From Macrostomum hystrix (Eukaryota > Animalia > Platyhelminthes): a stretch of 64,000 nt of DNA. The DNA lies in contig CATNEN010000005.1 in NCBI GenBank assembly GCA_950097015.1, positions 3,658,001 through 3,722,000 of the forward strand, in the 5' to 3' direction. The notes under the pieces were generated by a model that had not been told where the DNA came from, made no database searches, and worked only from the letters and a program-made list of their open reading frames with translations. Shown here one piece after another: positions 1-14,134 of this stretch. A program made the position numbers and the translations under genes. How positions within the stretch are numbered: the first letter of the stretch is position 1; each line of letters opens with the position of its first letter.

Positions 1-3000
1 ATGAGACAAGGGAAATGGAGACACGGAATAGATGAGACACGGAGTAATGAGACAAGGGAAATGGAGACACGGAATAGATGAGACACGGAGTAATGAGACA
101 AGGGAAATGGAGACACGGAATAGATGAGACACGGAATAATGAGACAAGGGAAATGGAGACACGGAATAACTGAGACACGGAATAATGAGACAAGGGAAAT
201 GGAGACACGGAATAGATGAGACACGGAGTAATGAGACAAGGGAAATGGAGACACGGAATAGATGAGACACGGAGTAGATGAGACAAGGGAAATGGAGACA
301 CGGAATAGATGAGACACGGAGTAATGAGACAAGGGAAATGGAGAGACGGAATAGATGAGACACGGAGTAATGAGACAAGGGAAATGGAGACACGGAATAA
401 CTGAGACACGGAGTAATGAGACAAGGGAAATGGAGACACGGAATAGATGAGACACGGAGTAATGAGACAAGGGAAATGGAGACACGGAATAGATGAGACA
501 CGGAGTAATGAGACAAGGGAAATGGAGACACGGAATAGATGAGACACGGAGTAAGTGAGACAAGGGAAATGGAGACACGGAATAGATGAGACACGGAGTA
601 ATGAGACAAGGGAAATGGAGACACGGAATAGACTGAGACACGGAGTAATGAGACAAGGGAAATGGAGACACGGAATAGATGAGACACGGAGTAATGAGAC
701 AAGGGAAATGGAGACACGGAATAGACTGAGACACGGAGTAATGAGACAAGGGAAATGGAGACACGGAATAGATGAGACACGGAGTAATGAGACAAGGGAA
801 ATGGAGACACGGAATAGATGAGACACGGAGTAATGAGACAAGGGAAATGGAGACACGGAATAGATGAGACACGGAGTAATGAGACAAGGGAAATGGAGAC
901 ACGGAATAGATGAGACACGGAGTAATGAGACAAGGGAAATGGAGACACGGAATAGATGAGACACGGAGTAATGAGACAAGGGAAATGGAGACACGGAATA
1001 GATGAGACACGGAGTAATGAGACAAGGGAAATGGAGACACGGAATAGATGAGACACGGAGTAATGAGACAAGGGAAATGGAGACACGGAATAGATGAGAC
1101 ACGGAGTAATGAGACAAGGGAAATGGAGACACGGAATAGATGAGACACGGAGTAATGAGACAAGGGAAATGGAGACACGGAATAGACTGAGACACGGAGT
1201 AATGAGACAAGGGAAATGGAGACACGGAATAGATGAGACACGGAGTAATGAGACAAGGGAAATGGAGACACGGAATAGATGAGACACGGAGTAATGAGAC
1301 AAGGGAAATGGAGACACGGAATAGATGAGACACGGAGTAATGAGACAAGGGAAATGGAGACACGGAATAGATGAGACACGGAGTAATGAGACAAGGGAAA
1401 TGGAGACACGGAATAGATGAGACACGGAGTAATGAGACAAGGGAAATGGAGACACGGAATAGATGAGACACGGAGTAATGAGACAAGGGAAATGGAGACA
1501 CGGAATAACTGAGACACGGAGTAATGAGACAAGGGAAATGGAGACACGGAATAGATGAGACACGGAGTAATGAGACAAGGGAAATGGAGACACGGAATAG
1601 ATGAGACACGGAGTAATGAGACAAGGGAAATGGAGACACGGAATAGATGAGACACGGAGTAATGAGACAAGGGAAATGGAGACACGGAATAGATGAGACA
1701 CGGAGTAATGAGACAAGGGAAATGGAGACACGGAATAGATGAGACACGGAGTAATGAGACAAGGGAAATGGAGACACGGAATAGACTGAGACACGGAGTA
1801 ATGAGACAAGGGAAATGGAGACACGGAATAGATGAGACACGGAGTAATGAGACAAGGGAAATGGAGACACGGAATAACTGAGACACGGAATAATGAGACA
1901 AGGGAAATGGAGACACGGAATAACTGAGACACGGAGTAATGAGACAAGGGAAATGGAGACACGGAATAGATGAGACACGGAGTAATGAGACAAGGGAAAT
2001 GGAGACACGGAATAGATGAGACACGGAGTAATGAGACAAGGGAAATGGAGACACGGAATAGATGAGACACGGAGTAATGAGACAAGGGAAATGGAGACAC
2101 GGAATAGATGAGACACTGGAGTAATGAGACAAGGGAAATGGAGACACGGAATAGATGAGACACGGAGTAATGAGACAAGGGAAATGGAGACACGGAATAG
2201 ATGAGACACGGAGTAATGAGACAAGGGAAATGGAGACACGGAATAGATGAGACACGGAGTAATGAGACAAGGGAAATGGAGACACGGAATAGATGAGACA
2301 CGGAGTAATGAGACAAGGGAAATGGAGACACGGAATAGATGAGACACGGAGTAATGAGACAAGGGAAATGGAGACACGGAATAGATGAGACACGGAGTAG
2401 ATGAGACAAGGGAAATGGAGACACGGAATAGATGAGACACGGAGTAATGAGACAAGGGAAATGGAGACACGGAATAGATGAGACACGGAGTAATGAGACA
2501 AGGGAAATGGAGACACGGAATAGATGAGACACGGAGTAATGAGACAAGGGAAATGGAGACACGGAATAGATGAGACACGGAGTAATGAGACAAGGGAAAT
2601 GGAGACACGGAATAGATGAGACACGGAGTAATGAGACAAGGGAAATGGAGACACGGAATAGATGAGACACGGAGTAATGAGACAAGGGAAATGGAGACAC
2701 GGAATAGATGAGACACGGAGTAATGAGACAAGGGAAATGGAGACACGGAATAGATGAGACACGGAGTAATGAGACAAGGGAAATGGAGACACGGAATAGA
2801 TGAGACACGGAGTAATGAGACAAGGGAAATGGAGACACGGAATAGATGAGACACGGAGTAATGAGACAAGGGAAATGGAGACACGGAATAGATGAGACAC
2901 GGAGTAATGAGACAAGGGAAATGGAGACACGGAATAGATGAGACACGGAGTAATGAGACAAGGGAAATGGAGACACGGAATAGATGAGACACGGAGTAAT

Positions 3001-6000
3001 GAGACAAGGGAAATGGAGACACGGAATAGATGAGACACGGAGTAATGAGACAAGGGAAATGGAGACACGGAATAGATGAGACACGGAGTAATGAGACAAG
3101 GGAAATGGAGACACGGAATAGATGAGACACGGAGTAATGAGACAAGGGAAATGGAGACACGGAATAGATGAGACACGGAGTAATGAGACAAGGGAAATGG
3201 AGACACGGAATAGATGAGACACGGAGTAATGAGACAAGGGAAATGGAGACACGGAATAGATGAGACACGGAGTAATGAGACAAGGGAAATGGAGACACGG
3301 AATAGATGAGACACGGAGTAATGAGACAAGGGAAATGGAGACACGGAATAACTGAGACACGGAAGTAATGAGACAAGGGAAATGGAGACACGGAATAGAC
3401 TGAGACACGGAGTAATGAGACAAGGGAAATGGAGACACGGAATAGATGAGACACGGAGTAATGAGACAAGGGAAATGGAGACACGGAATAGATGAGACAC
3501 GGAGTAATGAGACAAGGGAAATGGAGACACGGAATAGATGAGACACGGAGTAATGAGACAAGGGAAATGGAGACACGGAATAGATGAGACACGGAGTAAT
3601 GAGACAAGGGAAATGGAGACACGGAATAGATGAGACACGGAGTAATGAGACAAGGGAAATGGAGACACGGAATAGATGAGACACGGAGTAATGAGACAAG
3701 GGAAATGGAGACACGGAATAGACTGAGACACGGAGTAATGAGACAAGGGAAATGGAGACACGGAATAGATGAGACACGGAGTAATGAGACAAGGGAAATG
3801 GAGACACGGAATAGATGAGACACTGGAGTAATGAGACAAGGGAAATGGAGACACGGAATAGATGAGACACGGAGTAATGAGACAAGGGAAATGGAGACAC
3901 GGAATAGACTGAGACACGGAGTAATGAGACAAGGGAAATGGAGACACGGAATAGATGAGACACGGAGTAATGAGACAAGGGAAATGGAGACACGGATAGA
4001 TGAGACACGGAGTAATGAGACAAGGGAAATGGAGACACGGAATAGATGAGACACGGAGTAATGAGACAAGGGAAATGGAGACACGGAATAGATGAGACAC
4101 GGAGTAATGAGACAAGGGAAATGGAGACACGGAATAGATGAGACACGGAGTAATGAGACAAGGGAAATGGAGACACGGAATAGATGAGACACGGAGTAAT
4201 GAGACAAGGGAAATGGAGACACGGAATAGATGAGACACGGAGTAATGAGACAAGGGAAATGGAGACACGGAATAGATGAGACACGGAGTAATGAGACAAG
4301 GGAAATGGAGACACGGAATAGATGAGACACGGAGTAATGAGACAAGGGAAATGGAGACACGGAATAGATGAGACACGGAGTAATGAGACAAGGGAAATGG
4401 AGACACGGAATAGACTGAGACACGGAGTAATGAGACAAGGGAAATGGAGACACGGAATAGATGAGACACGGAGTAATGAGACAAGGGAAATGGAGCACGG
4501 AATAGATGAGACACGGAGTAATGAGACAAGGGAAATGGAGACACGGAATAGATGAGACACGGAGTAATGAGACAAGGGAAATGGAGACACGGAATAGATG
4601 AGACACGGAGTAATGAGACAAGGGAAATGGAGACACGGAATAGATGAGACACGGAGTAATGAGACAAGGGAAATGGAGACACGGAATAGATGAGACACGG
4701 AGTAATGAGACAAGGGAAATGGAGACACGGAATAGATGAGACACGGAGTAATGAGACAAGGGAAATGGAGACACGGAATAGATGAGACACGGAGTAATGA
4801 GACAAGGGAAATGGAGACACGGAATAGATGAGACACGGAGTAATGAGACAAGGGAAATGGAGACACGGAATAGATGAGACACGGAGTAATGAGACAAGGG
4901 AAATGGAGACACGGAATAGATGAGACACGGAGTAATGAGACAAGGGAAATGGAGACACGGAATAGATGAGACACGGAGTAATGAGACAAGGGAAAAGACA
5001 CGGAATAGATGAGACACGGAGTAATGAGACAAGGGAAATGGAGACACGGAATAGACTGAGACACGGAGTAATGAGACAAGGGAAATGGAGACACGGAATA
5101 GATGAGACACGGAGTAGATGAGACAAGGGAAATGGAGACACGGAATAGATGAGACACGGAGTAATGAGACAAGGAAAATGGAGACACGGAATAGATGAGA
5201 CACGGAGTAATGAGACAAGGGAAATGGAGACACGGAATAGATGAGACACGGAGTAATGAGACAAGGGAAATGGAGACACGGAATAGATGAGACACGGAGT
5301 AATGAGACAAGGGAAATGGAGACACGGAATAGATGAGACACGGAGTAATGAGACAAGGGAAATGGAGACACGGAATAGACTGAGACACGGAGTAATGAGA
5401 CAAGGGAAATGGAGACACGGAATAGATGAGACACGGAGTAATGAGACAAGGGAAATGGAGACACGGAATAGATGAGACACGGAGTAATGAGACAAATGGA
5501 GACACGGAATAACTGAGACACGGAGTAATGAGACAAGGGAAATGGAGACACGGAATAGATGAGACACGGAGTAATGAGACAAGGGAAATGGAGACACGGA
5601 ATAGACTGAGACACGGAGTAATGAGACAAGGGAAATGGAGACACGGAATAGATGAGACACGGAGAGATGAGACAAGGGAAATGGAGACACGGAATAGATG
5701 AGACACGGAGTAATGAGACAAGGGAAATGGAGACACGGAATAGATGAGACACGGAGTAATGAGACAAGGGAAATGGAGACACGGTAATAAGATGAGACAC
5801 GGAGTAATGAGACAAGGGAAATGGAGACACGGAATAGACTGAGACACGGAGTAATGAGACAAGGGAAATGGAGACACGGAATAGATGAGACACGGAGTAA
5901 TGAGACAAGGGAAATGGAGACACGGAATAGACTGAGACACGGAGTAATGAGACAAGGGAAATGGAGACACGGAATAGATGAGACACGGAGTAATGGACAC

Positions 6001-7712
6001 GGAATAACTGAGACACGGAGTAATGAGACAAGGGAAATGGAGACACGGAATAGATGAGACACGGAGTAATGAGACAAGGGAAATGGAGACACGGAATAGA
6101 CTGAGACACGGAGTAATGAGACAAGGGAAATGGAGACACGGAATAGATGAGACACGGAGTAGATGAGACAAGGGAAATGGAGACACGGAATAGATGAGAC
6201 ACGGAGTAATGAGACAAGGGAAATGGAGACACGGAATAGATGAGACACGGAGTAATGAGACAAGGGAAATGGAGACACGGAGTAATGAGACAAGGGAAAT
6301 GGAGACACGGAGTAATGAGACAAGGGAAATGGAGACACGGAATAACTGAGACACGGAGTAATGAGACAAGGGAAATGGAGACACGGAATAGATGAGACAC
6401 GGAGTAATGAGACAAGGGAAATGGAGACACGGAATAGACTGAGACACGGAGTAATGAGACAAGGGAAATGGAGACACGGAATAGATGAGACACGGAAGAC
6501 AAGGGAAATGGAGACACGGAATAGATGAGACACGGAGTAATTGAGACAAGGGAAATGGAGACACGGAATAGATGAGACACGGAGTAATGAGACAAGGGAA
6601 ATGGAGACACGAATAGATGAGACACGGAGTAATGAGACAGGGGAAATGGAGACACGGAATAGATGAGACACGGAGATAATGAGACAAGGAGCGAAATGGA
6701 GACACGGAATAGATGAGACACGGAGTAATGAGACAAGGAAATGGAGACACGGAATAGATGAGACACGGAGTAATGAGACAAGGGAAATGGAGACACGGAA
6801 TAGATGAGACACGGAGTAATGAGACAAGGGAAATGGAGACACGGAATAGATGAGACACGGAGATAATGAGACAAGGGAAAATGGAGACACGGAATAGATG
6901 AGACACGGAGTAATGAGACAAGGGAAATGGAGACACGGAATAGACTGAGACCGGAGTAATGAGACAAGGGAAATGGAGACACGGAATAGACTGAGAGAGA
7001 CAAGGGGAAAATGGAGACACGGAATAGATGAGACACGGAGTAATGAGACAAGGGAAATGGAGACACGGAATAGATGAGACACGGAGATAGATGAGACAAG
7101 GGAAAATGGAGACACGGAATAGATGAGACACGGAGTAATGAGGACAAGGGAAATGGAGACACGGAATAGATGAGACACGGAGTAATGAACAAGGGAAATG
7201 GAGACACGGAATAACTGAGACACGGAGTAATGAGACAAGGGAAATGGAGACAACGGATAGATGAGACACGGAGTAATGAGACAAGGGAAAAATGGAGACA
7301 CGGAAATAGATGAGACCACGGAGTAATGAGACAAGGGAAAATGGAGACACGGAATAGATGAGACACGGAGTAATGAGACAAGGGAAATGGAGACACGGAA
7401 TAGATGAGACAACGGAGTAATGAGACAAGGGAAATGGAGACACGGAATAGATGAGACACGGAGTAATGAGACAAGGGAAATGGAGACACGGAATAGATGA
7501 GACACGGAGTAATGAGACAAGGGAAATGGAGACACGGAATAGATGAGACACGGAGTAATGAGACAAGGGAAATGGAGACACGGAATAGATGAGACACGGA
7601 GTAATGAGACAAGGGAAATGGAGACACGGAATAGATGAGACACGGAGTAATGAGACAAGGGAAATGGAGACACGGAATAGATGAGACACGGAGTAATGAG
7701 ACAAGGGAAATG
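1..7712 (+). repeat. 46-bp tandem satellite, array 1 (runs off left edge)
   Basis: Monomer ATGAGACAAGGGAAATGGAGACACGGAATAGATGAGACACGGAGTA (second copy starts at 47), made of three related subunits of 14, 17 and 15 bp. Ends at ...GGGAAATG (7712). Lies in the presumed intron 2 of the minus-strand ODAD3 gene. Confidence 0.99.
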
Positions 7713-7720
7713 CTTAAATT

Positions 7721-7920
7721 GGGGTCAGTGACAGAGCGGCTAACGCGTTTGCCTCTTGCACCAAGGTCCCTGAGCTCGATTCCGAGGCGAGGCCACATTT
7801 ATTTGAGGCGCAGGCGCGGAGAGAAGGCTTGGGGGCTTGTCGTGCGATTTACGACCTTGATCGCCATCCTCCAGTAAAGTGTACACTGCCTGACGATGAG
7901 AAAGTCAGGGCAGATGTACG
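7721..7920 (+). mobile_element. tRNA-derived SINE, family A, copy 1 (most complete)
   Basis: tRNA-like head GGGGTCAGTGACAGAGCGGCTAACGCG...AGGTCCCTGAGCTCGATTCC with A- and B-box-like motifs. Body and 3' hairpin GTACACTGCCTGACGATGAGAAAGTCAGGGCAGATGTAC are shared with copies at 35537-35712 and 47508-47686. Confidence 0.75.
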
Positions 7921-8115
7921 TGTCATTGCCTGCAAACCTCCGGCAAAAAAATAAACATTATTATTAGGGCCTAAATTAAACGACAAGCCCCAAAAATAAT
8001 GTGGCCTCGCCAGTTATTCTAGCTCAGGAGCCGCTCCGCCAATCACTCTTCGATTTCATCGGACATTTTGGGCGAAATCTTGCTAGATTTGGCAATTAAG
8101 TCAGGCTTCGCTCAC

Positions 8116-9022
8116 TTCTCTTAGCCTCCTCCTCCCGCTGGCGCAGCTCGGCGATCTCAGCTCGGCAGTCTCGAATCTCCTTCTCCATGCTGTCCAGGGT
8201 GTTGCCGAAGCTCAGGTGGTCCTCGTGCAGCCGGGCCTTGATCTGCTCGTAGGTGCGCTTGATGTGCTCGGCCTCTTTCAGCTTCATGTTGGTTTTGTCC
8301 ATTTTGTTCTCGAGGTCGCGCAGCTTCTGCGCTTCGGGCGACGCTGCGGCGTCTTCGCCTTCGCCGTTCTTGTCGCCGGCGCCGCCACTCGGCGAGTCGC
8401 CGGCTTCCTTTTTCAACGCCTGGTTGCTCGTCTGCAGCTCCTGCAGGCGCTTCTGCTTGCCGGAGGTCACATGTTTCAGGGCGTTGAGCTTCTTTTTTGT
8501 GTCGCAAACCTGGTGGAATGGGTAGTGCTACTATGAGTAGAGCATTGACAACACGCGCTGTAAATTATTAAAAGTAAGTAACTTTATATCAAGGCATATA
8601 TTAACACAATCAAGCAATCAGTTCAACATGTTTAAGAAACTACGAGTAATTAGGCTCTAGGAGCAAACCGCCTCATGCGTTCTAGAATTCTATAAAAAAT
8701 TCCATAATTTTTTTCAATCGAGCAGCTGCTTTACCTTGTAGTCCATTGCCTGGATGGCGTCGCTTCCAGTCTTGTTGGCCATGGCCGCTCGCTCCACCGG
8801 CCTCTCCTGGAAGGCTTGCCCGATCACGTGATCATCGGCCGACAATCGGTCGCGTAACTGTTTGCGCAGGTCTTTGTTCTCCTTGCGCAGTTGGGCAATT
8901 CTTTCGCGATTCTTTTTCTGGGTATAGTAGCTGTTCTCATAGTAGGCCTTGCGGTCACCTTCCAGCAGGTTGATTTTACTCCGTAGCTCGTCCACCTTCT
9001 CTGTTAGCGAGCGTTCAGTCAT
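8116..9022 (-). CDS. ODAD3: Outer dynein arm docking complex subunit 3 (CCDC151), 5' part only: exons 9022-8735 and 8509-8116
   Basis: LLEGDRKAYYENS...KKNRERIAQLRKE and RDLENKMDKTNMKLKEAEHI...LDSMEKEI match recalled CCDC151/ODAD3 motifs. GT/AG intron 8734-8510 is phase 0 (YK|VCDTKKK). Next donor GTGAGC at 8115. Remaining exons are not seen in the window. Confidence 0.85.
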
Positions 9023-11532
9023 GACTGTAATAGCTTGGATTCTAAGCTACTGGCTGACGCTGGAAAGTCAAGTGAGGTTAGAGACTTTTTGAAATTCCTC
9101 AATTGCATTTTCTCTCAATTTGTACTCTCGTAATTTAACAATTAACATTTTCTTCTCTTTATTCTATAAAAATTCACATACTAATAATTAACCCCATTGA
9201 ATCACTTTATGAAAATATTACCAATCAGTATAAAAGGAGCAAGAAAAAGCACATGTAAATTGCTGTCTAGACCTGATTGAAGAAAAAAATACAAAAATTG
9301 AAATTTTATAAAATTTGAAAATAAAGCTAGTTATGCAACTTAATGGCTAGATATTCAGCTTTAAGTCAAAAAAGTATACTTCAAGCTAAATAATATATTC
9401 TTATTATTTAGCTGCAATTTGAAACAAAACACTTGTTAAATACATCCTCTACAAGTTAAACAATATTAAAAGCTTTTAGTAACAATTAATGCATAAACCC
9501 AGACTTTTAAACACAGAAGGGTAACCATTTTTTGCTTGTGAAAGCTAAAAATAACTTTAATATAATATAACGTGTAAAGCATTGTGTAAATTGCAGCACT
9601 TTTTATTTACTATAGCAAGATTTTTTACTTTATTTATAATGTAAAAGCAAATAATATTTTAACAACATCAATAGCTAAATTAGTCAGACTGAAACCCAAA
9701 AAATAGTCCTAGGGCCTATCTTTATCTTAGATACAGAAAAATGTGATAAATTTGTGATCAACATCAGTCACCAGTCGTCTTTTCAGTCATCAGCTGATCA
9801 GTTATCATCTCTGCGTGTCTTCGTAGTATTATTTAATTAAAATAAATTAAAATTACAAAAAAGAAACGCAGTACTGAAATTCTTACTAGAAACCGAAGTA
9901 AAAAATTATGGCATCGTTAAAGAATCGACGAAAAAAATGGTAGCAAATAATTTCAAAAGAGATTTCGTATATCATAGTAACGTTTATTTTCACAACTTTA
10001 TTAAACAGTAAAACAGCTGTGTATTTTATTTATATATATATATATATGTAATATTTTATAAGCTTTCAATGATGTATAAAAACGCAATTTTTTACTATAG
10101 ATTAGTTTTAATGTGCATTGACGAATAGTATGGAAACGACGACAAATATTGATAAAAGTTTCTTGTATTCATATGCTTCCAATCATATAATTTTGTCCAT
10201 TTTAAATTTTAATGATAATTTATAATTAATATTTTCTTCTGATATCGTAGTACATATAGTTCGTTAAGAATAGATAGAACAACATGGTTTCCTTTATGAG
10301 AACCTAAATTCTCAACAGTTAATTGTGTCAACACAATTACGCGTTCTGGGTCGGTATATTGTATGAATAATTTATTTATATGAGTTACTCGAGCTATAAT
10401 TGCTTTAGGGCATTGAGAGATGATATCATGTCCAACTTTTAAAACGTGCTAATCGCGCTTATTGCAAATCGTTCATCGACGATATTATTGCCAGTAATTT
10501 ACATAGATTAAAAGCGTTATGTTAATTGTGTCGTAAAACATTTATGATAAACATAACAAGATGAATACTGGACCATTAGGACGGGATGTGTGTATATGTG
10601 TGTAAATGTGCCACTTTTTCCGATTTTTAGCAAGTGCTTCTTGAAGCTGAAAACACTATAATTAGTGCTTCCTCAGTATTGTGAAAATCATGTACAACAA
10701 CATTTAAATATGACAGCGTACATATACAACTCAAAACCAAAGCCAAAGCTCAAGTCAAATGTGACACAATTAAGAATCTGCACATGCTGTTCTACTCGAC
10801 GGCCGCCGTGATTGTCGAGAAAAAATCTCGAGAAAGTCTTTGACTTCCGTAGTCTCTTTTTCAGGCGGCTATCAATTGTCCTCTACAATTGATGGCTCAA
10901 AAAGATGGAGAATTGACAGATACTAGTGGCAAATTAAATATCACAGATGAAATAAATAAAATATCAGCACCGACTGTTTTGTGCCATTACTGATGCCACG
11001 CCATAACTGAGAGGAATTCAAACTTGTTTTTAGGAGAGCTCGAGAGATCTCGTTTTAATAGAAACAAATTTTGGATATAATTGACCTCTGACGCATTGGA
11101 AAGCAACTTTTCATCCCAATTCAGTGACGAATCAAAATACTGATTGACACGGCCTGAGCACGCGTGAAATGCGGTAAATTTTTGGAAAGCTGATATTAAT
11201 AGAATATCTTAATTAGAAAGCAGAAATTCGGGCTTTCCTGCACCTAGACCGCAAGCAACACTCAGATCCATGTAAGATCTATTTTAAGAACGCGCGGCTT
11301 GCTTGTTTAGACTGACAGTGATTCTGCCAAGGCAAGTGACATTACACAGAGCTGCACGCGTAAAATCAGAGATTCCTTGTTCGTGTCGTCGCGCAATGTT
11401 TCCACGGGAATCCCGTCGCAACGAGTATAAATCCGAGGAAAACTAGGAAAATCCAACAGAAGCAACGGAAGCAGTTTCCAAAAGAGCGCCAGTAAAACCT
11501 GGAACTAGAATTCTCAAATAACAGAAGCAGCG

Positions 11533-12084
11533 ATGATTGCAAAATTACTGACATTGTGCAGCCTCATGACCATCGCCAGCGCCGCTCCCGGTGCGGGCAG
11601 GATCTTCGAGATTGTCTCGCCAGAGGAAGCTCAGAGACGCTGTCCGGACGAGTTCCCGGCTCTGCTGCGCACCCACAAGGAGATTCGCCAGCCCGAGTTC
11701 CTGCTCGAGAGGACGCCGCTGAGCAACCAGACTCTGCAGCTGGAGCTGTCGCAGCTGCTCTCCAGTCTGCAGCAGGCCATCCTTCTTCAGAAGCTGACCT
11801 TCAACGTCAGCGAGACGAACCTGCGGCTGCCGAGGTCGCTCATCCAAGCCCCCGACGCCCGCTCGAGACGCTGTCCGCCGATCTTCGAGCTGGACGCCGA
11901 CGGTCTGCTCCGACCCAGGTTTCCCAGCTTCGTGCTCACCGCCGCCTGCTCCGAAGGCTGCCGGCCAGTCAGGCGTGACGTCACCATCTACCGGCTGCTC
12001 TGCAACAGCTTGTCGACGTCCGTCTTTCACAACTCTGGAGCCAGCATCGCCGTCGACTGCACACCGGCTGTAGACTCGTGGTGA
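11533..12084 (+). CDS. Secreted cystine-knot cytokine-like protein (IL-17/PTTH/Trunk-like), 183 aa, single exon
   Basis: Hydrophobic signal peptide (MIAKLLTLCSLMTIASA). C-terminal RSRRCP..ELDAD...RPRFPSFV..A.C...C.PV...V.IYR..C...VF......IAVDC follows the recalled invertebrate IL-17-type pattern. GC-rich coding-like composition within AT-rich flanks. Confidence 0.65.
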   Translation: MIAKLLTLCSLMTIASAAPGAGRIFEIVSPEEAQRRCPDEFPALLRTHKEIRQPEFLLERTPLSNQTLQLELSQLLSSLQQAILLQKLTFNVSETNLRLPRSLIQAPDARSRRCPPIFELDADGLLRPRFPSFVLTAACSEGCRPVRRDVTIYRLLCNSLSTSVFHNSGASIAVDCTPAVDSW

Positions 12085-13491
12085 CGAAATGTGTATGACT
12101 ATTGCCGATTATCTCCGTGTACTATACTTTGGGCGTCATCATTGGGCACTGATCTAGGCCTATTTCTCAAGTTCTGTACTTTTCGATTCACTTATTGCTT
12201 GTTGTACATTCATTTAAAACTACTTGCAAGTGACTAATACCTCAATACTTAAGTACATTGGTAGTTGATTTTTTTCTTGTGCTTCATGTCTGACCAACGT
12301 TGCTTCATATTTAGCCTCGGCTTTCTGTAATACTCTCGATACACACTGCATTTTCTGTACTACGACGTTTTGCCTCCTATGCTCGAAAAAAAACCCTGCG
12401 AAAATAATACTGTGGTTCCGTGTATGACTAAATATGCTTAAAATACAATGACTTATCTGATTTGAATTTTTATTTCTAATTTAAGATTTGTAAAAATGCC
12501 ACTTAAAAAAACTCGGTTTTACCATTTGTCTAACAAACTTTGACCATTTGTCTAAAATTGCACTCATTACTCTGAGCTGTATATATACTCTGAGCTGTAT
12601 ATATACTCTGAGCTGTAGATATACCTGGCTATGAACGCCACCCGCAGTTAAAATGCTCATATACTACTTTTGGAGTGAGAAAACCAGTAGCTTTTCAAAA
12701 ACGAAAATTCTACGGCCAACTGCTCCTTAATATAGCTAGCTCTGTGAGAGAGTTACAGTGTTAGGGGTTGAGTATGTGCTCATTGGGCACTTTTGTGTTG
12801 TCAGTTTGTTCAATTGATTCTGGACGCAGGCCAACAAGTGACTCTCAATTAAAGAAACCGCATTCCTAAGGCTGCTGTTTGAAATTTAATTTAAGCAGCT
12901 CAAGTAGCTTCGTCTTCGTCTTCGGCCGGAAAATTCAAGTCTGACTTGGACTCGAGCTCTGCAGGAGCTTGTCGTTACGGCTCCTGACCCAACTGGGCCA
13001 GGTATCGCTTCTTATACTTCTTCTGGACTCGATAACAAACGTTTCCAAGCAATATTTGGTCGAACAACTGTCGACAGTCACTTTTCGTCGAGTTCTAGTT
13101 CGTTTGTTGTAATTTATGTCAGTGACAAGGTTAATTGTGCCGTCTGCTTCGTTGAATGAGTTACCATGGTCTCTGCCATTCCCCCAACGTGAGGCGCCAG
13201 AATGTTCTGAACTTTAGCTAGCCTACTACGCGTGTTGAAACAAGGTTGAAACTAACGGCAGCCCGCCCGCTGCTGTTGTCTATGGTCGAGTTCCATAGAT
13301 ATGCACTCATGCGCTAACAATTAGTTTATAACTTAATTCGTACGAAATTAATCAAAGATCGCGCACAACATTAATATGAAAAATGTATGGAAAATTGAGG
13401 CTCTATACGAGTTTAGCAACCATTTCAGACGCAATAACAGAATTAAAAAACAATAAAAACTGTCAGCTTAGTCACAGTTAGTAAAAAGCTC

Positions 13492-13920
13492 TTAAAGGGC
13501 AGCAGACAAGCACGCCTTAAACATACGCTCAAACGATGCAAACTGTTCGTTTCCAATCATCTTGAGATCCCTTCCCTCGGAAATGTAGCGATGAACCGAC
13601 GCTCGGAAGCAAACTAGAGAACGATCGGCGTAGGATTTGCCATCGGCCATCTTTAGCGACACAAACCATAGCCTGAGGTATGCGCACAGATAACGCACGG
13701 GCATACTCTCGATGTTGTCCGGCAAGTTTTGGTCACGCAAGAAATTCTTTAGTCGGTTCACGTGCACTTCCGTTTGCTTGACGGTCGACTCGCGCTTCGC
13801 TGCATCTTCCACACGCCGCAGATCGCTCTCCTCAGTCTCACTGAGCTCTCGCAGAAGTGATGCGTCATCTATCTCAGACGGATTTTCCAGCTCGGCTTCA
13901 GTCTCTCTGATGAGCAGCCG
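13492..13920 (-). pseudogene. Crypton/DUF3504-type tyrosine recombinase N-terminal (core-binding) fragment A
   Basis: LSETEESDLRRVEDAAKRESTVKQT...LKNFL...LCAYLRLWFVSLKMADGKSYADRSLVCFRASVHRYI...IIG-like...F fits the segment preceding DUF3504 in Crypton/ZMYM/QRICH1/KCTD1 proteins. Stops before any catalytic domain. Confidence 0.6.
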
Positions 13921-14134
13921 TCAAACCGGACCATTGACTAATCGCTTGACCGGGTTCGAGACGTCCAAGGCGCGTCAAAAAATCTAGCTTAGACTGCTAA
14001 TATCATCCTCTAGTATAGAATCGTAATTAAAGCTAGTATTAAAGCTAAGCAACACTCTCGTATTCACTAATGTATGTACGTATTTTACATTGAAATATAT
14101 ATTCTCTTAAAAGCTTGAAAGAAATGTATAATAT

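Noticed and set aside
7721-7795. Functional tRNA genes (also 35800, 41884, 47640)
   Set aside because: No complete cloverleaf or acceptor stem; the heads run into shared SINE bodies.
555-7877. Short + strand MRHGVMRQGK ORFs
   Set aside because: They arise where a +1 satellite variant bypasses a stop; repeat artefacts.
7878-7920. Hammerhead ribozyme (CTGACGA...GAAA) in the SINE hairpin
   Set aside because: Only 3 nt separate CTGACGA and GAAA (no stem II), and CTGAC is itself paired with GTCAG. The three-way junction cannot be drawn.
12900-13110. Possible minus-strand coding remnant (DCRQLFDQILLGNVCYRVQKKYKKRY)
   Set aside because: Short, bounded by stops, with no recognisable family or splice support.
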